A stretch of DNA of 64,000 bases from Flavobacterium sp. GTDB lineage: Bacteria; Bacteroidota; Bacteroidia; Flavobacteriales; Flavobacteriaceae. Location: NCBI RefSeq assembly GCF_043773265.1, contig NZ_JAYVFH010000227.1, forward strand, positions 2,626-66,625, written 5' to 3'. This document shows positions 59,298 to 64,000 of the stretch, piece after piece. Below the pieces are notes generated by a model that had not been told where the DNA came from, ran no database searches, and was given only the letters and a program-made list of their open reading frames with translations. The position numbers were made by a program, and so were the translations under genes. Within the stretch, counting starts at the first letter, position 1. Each line of letters opens with the position of its first letter.

Positions 59298-60416
59298 CTA
59301 ATTGTTAAGCATCACTGGCATTACAAGCATTGTAACGGTTTCGCCTTCGTCAAGACCATCAACTGGAGTTAGAATTCCCGCGCGGTTTGGCATTGACATT
59401 TCTAGTTGAATTTCGTCAGATTGTAAGTTGGTTAACATTTCTAATAAAAAACGTGAGTTAAAACCAATTTGCATATCATCTCCTTGATAATCACAGGTCA
59501 ATCGTTCTTCGGCTTTGTTAGAGTAATCTATATCTTCGGCAGAAATATTTAATTCGGCACCAGCAATTTTCAAACGAATTTGATGTGTGGTTTTATTTGA
59601 AAAAATTGCTACTCGACGAACAGAATTAAAGAATTGTGATCTATCGATTAACAATTTATTTGGATTTTCTTTTGGTATAACGGCTTCATAATTTGGATAT
59701 TTTCCGTCAATTAATCTACAAGTTAAAATATAATTTTCAAAAGAGAAAGTTGCATTAGCATCATTGTAATCAATTTTTACTTCGGCATCAGAAGCTCCAA
59801 GAATACTTTTAAGGATATTTAATGGTTTTTTTGGCATAATAAAATCGGCAACTTGGGATGCTTTTACATCTGTTCTTGCATATTTTACTAATTTGTGTGC
59901 GTCTGTTGCAACAAATATTAATCCTTCTGGCGAAAACTGAAAGAAAACACCACTCATTACTGGACGTAAATCGTCGTTTCCTGCGGCAAATATAGTTTTG
60001 CTTATTGCAGTTGCTAAAACTTCGGCTGGAACTAATGTTGTTGATGGATTGTCTAAACTTACAGATTTAGGAAATTCTTCTCCTGGAGCATAAGCAATTG
60101 CATATTTTCCAGAATTTGAACTTATTTCTATAGTACTATTTTCTTCAACAGTAAATGTTAAAGGTTGCTCTGGAAATGTTTTTAGAATATCTAATAACAA
60201 TTTGGCTGGCACAGCAACGCTTCCTTTATCTGTAGATTCTATTTCTAGAGTTGCCGACATTGTAGTTTCTAAATCTGAAGAAGAAACAGTTAATGATTTT
60301 TTATCTAATTCAAACAAAAAATTGTCTAGAATTGGTAAGGTATTGCTACTATTAATAACACTACCTAGAACTTGTAGTTGTTTTAATAAATATGAACTTG
60401 ATACAATAAATTTCAT
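59298..60416 (-). CDS. dnaN: DNA polymerase III beta clamp
   Basis: LPIL, ATDAHKL, LIDGKYPNY, IGFN, LVMPV. Confidence 0.97.
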   Translation of the reverse strand: MKFIVSSSYLLKQLQVLGSVINSSNTLPILDNFLFELDKKSLTVSSSDLETTMSATLEIESTDKGSVAVPAKLLLDILKTFPEQPLTFTVEENSTIEISSNSGKYAIAYAPGEEFPKSVSLDNPSTTLVPAEVLATAISKTIFAAGNDDLRPVMSGVFFQFSPEGLIFVATDAHKLVKYARTDVKASQVADFIMPKKPLNILKSILGASDAEVKIDYNDANATFSFENYILTCRLIDGKYPNYEAVIPKENPNKLLIDRSQFFNSVRRVAIFSNKTTHQIRLKIAGAELNISAEDIDYSNKAEERLTCDYQGDDMQIGFNSRFLLEMLTNLQSDEIQLEMSMPNRAGILTPVDGLDEGETVTMLVMPVMLNN

Positions 60417-60570
60417 CTGTAATTTTTATTTATTTTTATTGGAAGATGTAATGCTTTTTAAACTACTAATCAAAAAAACATCTTTTCTTGAAGCAATTCA
60501 TCCGTAAATTTTATTTATTTTTTACAAATATATCTTAAAGAAGTCGATTTTAAAAAGAAATTTATTAACA

Positions 60571-62268
60571 TTACTTAGCATATTTTCTTTTTCTTAGGAA
60601 AGTAAAGACCAATCCGAAAACCAATAAAATTATTATTGGAACTCCGACAGTTATGATTTGTGAAAAAGTATAATTTTGAGAAACTTTCTCTTTATCTAAA
60701 ATTGGTAAATCAATTTCTTTACTTCTAATGTTAATAAGTCCGTTATCATCAAGAAGATAATTCAAACAATTCATCATAAATTCTTTGTTTGCATATAAAT
60801 TATTGGTCCATTTATCAAATCCTAATTCTAATGGTTGGTAGTTTTTATCAATTTGATTTTTTACTACATCACCATCCGATATAATAATCATTTTATTTTC
60901 TTTTCCGATAGGAGAGAAGTCATTATCTTTAAATGGTAGAACTCTATTTTGATATACTGAATTAAATTTTCCTTCCATTAAAACCGCAACAGGAAGGTTT
61001 CCTTTATCTGTAAATTCTTTTTGGTCTGGTCGTTCTTCAACCATATTTAGGTTTACTTCGGTTGGTGTTCCAACTGCTTTAGAATAAGGTGAACTTTGTA
61101 GTAAAATAGTTTTTTTAATATTGTTATTGAGTATTTCTATAGGGTTTGTAAACTCAAATTTGATTCCGTCTAGATTACTAACAATTGGGTTAATTTTAGA
61201 TTTATCGTTATTATCAACAGGATAAATCATTGGAGAATAAAACCAAGCAAATTTAGTATATTGAGTTGCACTTCCTTGTTCGCCAGTTGCAAGTGATATT
61301 GGAGTTGCCATTAAATCTTTGACCAAATCGGGTTTTATTCTAACACCATATTTGAAGAACATATCGTTTAAATTTAAATCTCTTGGAAAAGCTAAATTTA
61401 CCCCATTATTCATTAAACTATCCATTTCCATATTGACTTGATCTACTAGCCAAAGTGTTTTGCCACCATTGATAATATATTGGTCAAGAACTTGTTTTTC
61501 TTGGTCAGAAAACGCTTCGGTTGGTTTGGCAATAATTGCTATATCATATTTTTTAAGTGCAATTAAAGTTTTTTCTGGGCTTTTGGCTACAGAATCTAAT
61601 GTAAATGGTCCGATGTAATAATTTTCGCGAACTGACTTTAAAAAATCGGCAATTTGAAGTTCATGTAATTCACCATTTCCTTTAATGATTGCTACTTTTT
61701 TCTCACGAGTTTTAGATACTGTGTTGAAAGCATTTGCAAAAGCATATTCTAGATGTTGCACGGAACTAACTACTTTTTCGGCAGTTGATGCGCCCATCAT
61801 GTTTTTGAGTAAAGGAACTTTGGTACTTTTATTTCCATAGGTTACAACTGCCCATGGAAAAACTACTTCTTGAGTTTGTTTTCCTTTTTCGTTTAGTGTA
61901 ACGTTTAATGGAGTTAAACCTCTATCATAGAAGGATTGCATCACTACATCGCGTTCATCTTCGTTCTCTAAAGGATTTACAAATTGAAATACAATATTAG
62001 AGTTTATGGCTTTATATTCTTCTAATAATTGTTGGGTTTCTGTTTGTAATTTTTTGAATTCTCCAGGAAAATTTCCTTCTAAAAAAACATCAACATATAA
62101 AGGTTGTTTTACTTCTTTTATTATATTTAATGAGGTTTGAGATAGTGTATAACGATTGTCTGTAGTTAAATCGAAACGCTTGAAAAAGAAATGTGCAACA
62201 AAATTTATTAGTATCAAAAATCCAATAATAGTAAGTAGTTTTTTTAGGTATGACTTTTTATTTTTCAT
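60571..62268 (-). CDS. gldG: Gliding motility ABC transporter auxiliary protein GldG
   Basis: RFDLTTDNRYTLS, LEY, GNGEL, LDQYIINGG, LINIRSK; 1-bp overlap with gldF. Confidence 0.95.
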   Translation of the reverse strand: MKNKKSYLKKLLTIIGFLILINFVAHFFFKRFDLTTDNRYTLSQTSLNIIKEVKQPLYVDVFLEGNFPGEFKKLQTETQQLLEEYKAINSNIVFQFVNPLENEDERDVVMQSFYDRGLTPLNVTLNEKGKQTQEVVFPWAVVTYGNKSTKVPLLKNMMGASTAEKVVSSVQHLEYAFANAFNTVSKTREKKVAIIKGNGELHELQIADFLKSVRENYYIGPFTLDSVAKSPEKTLIALKKYDIAIIAKPTEAFSDQEKQVLDQYIINGGKTLWLVDQVNMEMDSLMNNGVNLAFPRDLNLNDMFFKYGVRIKPDLVKDLMATPISLATGEQGSATQYTKFAWFYSPMIYPVDNNDKSKINPIVSNLDGIKFEFTNPIEILNNNIKKTILLQSSPYSKAVGTPTEVNLNMVEERPDQKEFTDKGNLPVAVLMEGKFNSVYQNRVLPFKDNDFSPIGKENKMIIISDGDVVKNQIDKNYQPLELGFDKWTNNLYANKEFMMNCLNYLLDDNGLINIRSKEIDLPILDKEKVSQNYTFSQIITVGVPIIILLVFGLVFTFLRKRKYAK

Positions 62269-62993
62269 TAGGATTTTAGCGATTTTAGTTTATAAACAGT
62301 CATTGATAAAAATAGTGTTGCAATACTAACAAAATATAATACATCTCGAGTATCTATAACGCCTCGACTCATGCTTTTAAAATGGTAATCCATACCGAAA
62401 CGAGCTATTATATCTTCAAAATCTTTAAATTGAGATGCAATTCCTTGAAAAGCAAAATAAAAAATAAAGCATAAAAAAACCGAAGTTATGAAAGCCACAA
62501 TTTGATTTTCGGATAATGTTGAAGTAAAAATTCCGATCGAAGTATAAGCTGCAATTAGAAATAATAAACCGAAGTAAGAACCCATTGTGCTTCCCATATC
62601 GATATTTCCTTTTGGTATTCCTAAACTATTAATGACGTAAACGTATATAAATGTTGGAATTATTGCAATTACAATTAGTATGAAAGCGCCGAAGAACTTT
62701 CCGCCAACGATTTCCCAAATAGATATTGGTTTGGTCATCAATAATTCAATGGTTCCTTGCTTTTTTTCGTCAGAGAAACTACGCATGGTTACTGCAGGAA
62801 TTAGAAAAATTAATATCCAAGGTGAAATTGTAAAAAACGGAGATAAATCGGCAAAACCGCTGTTTAAAATATTAAAATCGCCTTCAAAAACCCAAAGGAA
62901 TAATCCGTTGAGAAATAAGAAAATTGCGATTACTAAATATCCAATTGGTGTACCAAAAAAGGATTTTATTTCTCTTAATAGAATTGATTTCAT
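62268..62993 (-). CDS. gldF: Gliding motility ABC transporter permease GldF
   Basis: REIKSFF..PIGY, PAVTMRSFSDEKKQGTIELL, RGVIDTRD. Confidence 0.95.
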   Translation of the reverse strand: MKSILLREIKSFFGTPIGYLVIAIFLFLNGLFLWVFEGDFNILNSGFADLSPFFTISPWILIFLIPAVTMRSFSDEKKQGTIELLMTKPISIWEIVGGKFFGAFILIVIAIIPTFIYVYVINSLGIPKGNIDMGSTMGSYFGLLFLIAAYTSIGIFTSTLSENQIVAFITSVFLCFIFYFAFQGIASQFKDFEDIIARFGMDYHFKSMSRGVIDTRDVLYFVSIATLFLSMTVYKLKSLKS

Positions 62994-63050
62994 ATTTTAT
63001 TTGCCACGAAGGCGCTAAGTCACTAAGTTATTTGTCTATTCTCTATTCTC

Positions 63051-63347
63051 TTATTCCAAAGAAACTAATTTATCTACACTCCAAGCTTCGGGTTTATTGT
63101 TGAATAATTTCTTTGTAAAGGTCCAAACTTCATCAAATAATGCTGATTGTCTGTAATTTTCTAAATCTTGTTCTCTTTCCCAATAACTATAGGTAAAGAA
63201 AATGTTTTTATTGTTTTTATCTTGATACAATTCTAGTAAACGATTTCCTGGCGCATTTCGTATAAGGACTTTCATTTGTTCGAAATTTTCTAGAAATGCA
63301 GATATGTTTTCTTGGTGAAATGATAATTTTACTATTCGTACTATCAT
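63051..63347 (-). CDS. Antibiotic biosynthesis monooxygenase (ABM) family protein
   Basis: VRIVKL, FFTYSYW, LENYR.S.LF..VW, PEAWS. Confidence 0.85.
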   Translation of the reverse strand: MIVRIVKLSFHQENISAFLENFEQMKVLIRNAPGNRLLELYQDKNNKNIFFTYSYWEREQDLENYRQSALFDEVWTFTKKLFNNKPEAWSVDKLVSLE

Positions 63348-63434
63348 ACTTTAAATTACTATATTATAATTAATTTTGGAAAACTGATTTAAGAAATTAT
63401 AGAAATCTATAATTAATAATTGATATTAAAACAA

Positions 63435-63955
63435 CTATCTGTTCATAAAATAGTCTTTAAACAATTCTATTTCATCTAGTTCAAATGCAAGTTGTTTTTC
63501 AAATACTTATCACCAACTTGGCTTTTCAAGGCAGAAATTCCTACATCAATCAATCTTAAACCTTTTTCTGTCAATAAAATATTATCAAATGCTAATCCTT
63601 GAATATCTGATGGCCATTTTAAATCTTTGTGAACAAATCCGGCCTTGTGTAATGCTTTTATTTCATCATAAAACACATCAAACCATAACTCTCTATTTTC
63701 AACTTCATAAGCCCTAAAATCGATTGGATGAATACGTTCCATAACCAACATTTCGGCTTGAATATCTTCATTATTATCTAAGCGTATAAATTTTACGACT
63801 AAATCATTTATAGTATTTGCAAACTTCATTTTTTCGGCTTCCGAACCTAAATCAGAACGTGTATCGCCAGTAAAAAGTTTAGCAACTTCATCATTATTCA
63901 AAACAATAACAGTGTTGTTTGCTCCTGAAGATAACTTACATGGATATTTTTTCAT
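63435..63955 (-). CDS. Small protein-kinase-like (APH/RIO-like) protein with apparent frameshift near the 3' end
   Basis: VAK, LVMER, VHKDLK...NILL...LIDVG; adding one base at 63507-63508 gives VFEKQLAFELDEIELFKDYFMNR* (173 aa). Confidence 0.75.
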
Positions 63956-64000
63956 AATTAAGTTGCGTTTAAATAATTAATCATTAAAATTTATCATTAC

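Noticed and set aside
59213-60570. Replication origin near dnaN/mnmE
   Set aside because: No dnaA gene and no cluster of TTATCCACA-like boxes seen in the short intergenic gaps.
63001-63050. GCCACGAAGGCGCTAAGTCACTAAG and CTATTCT repeats between the ABM gene and gldF
   Set aside because: Looks like a remnant of a short repeat element, but it is too short and single-copy here to support a call.

Overview
AT-rich bacterial chromosome segment from a Flavobacteriaceae member, most likely Flavobacterium. Support: gldF/gldG, proteins with T9SS C-terminal domains, many TAnnTTTG promoter boxes, and the tmRNA tag GEGNYALAA. Most of the window is core genes: smpB, clpB, fahA, glyA, yaaA, ssrA, pyrE, two DEAD-box helicases, coaD, ddl, rluD, psd, cdsA, ftsH, rsfS, birA, kup, tRNA-Tyr, mnmE, dnaN, gldG/F. 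Small accessory blocks sit between them. Best candidate for an undescribed system (27.0-29.4 kb): a long structured RNA leader with a competing alternative pairing, followed by a surface lipoprotein with a JAB/MPN-like C-terminal domain and a secreted DUF6705-like partner. Other signals: sigma54-like promoters with GACA-N3-TGTC sites for clpB and rsfS-ftsH (the latter hidden inside birA), an orphan trpG, a triplicated zinc-ribbon membrane gene array with a T9SS type-B protein between ddl and coaD, clear operators for the HTH-Fic, TA and MarR genes, and a T9SS GHSMGGG hydrolase. Several single-base indels in A/T runs probably reflect sequencing errors. All family calls come from motif recognition by eye; no database search was run.
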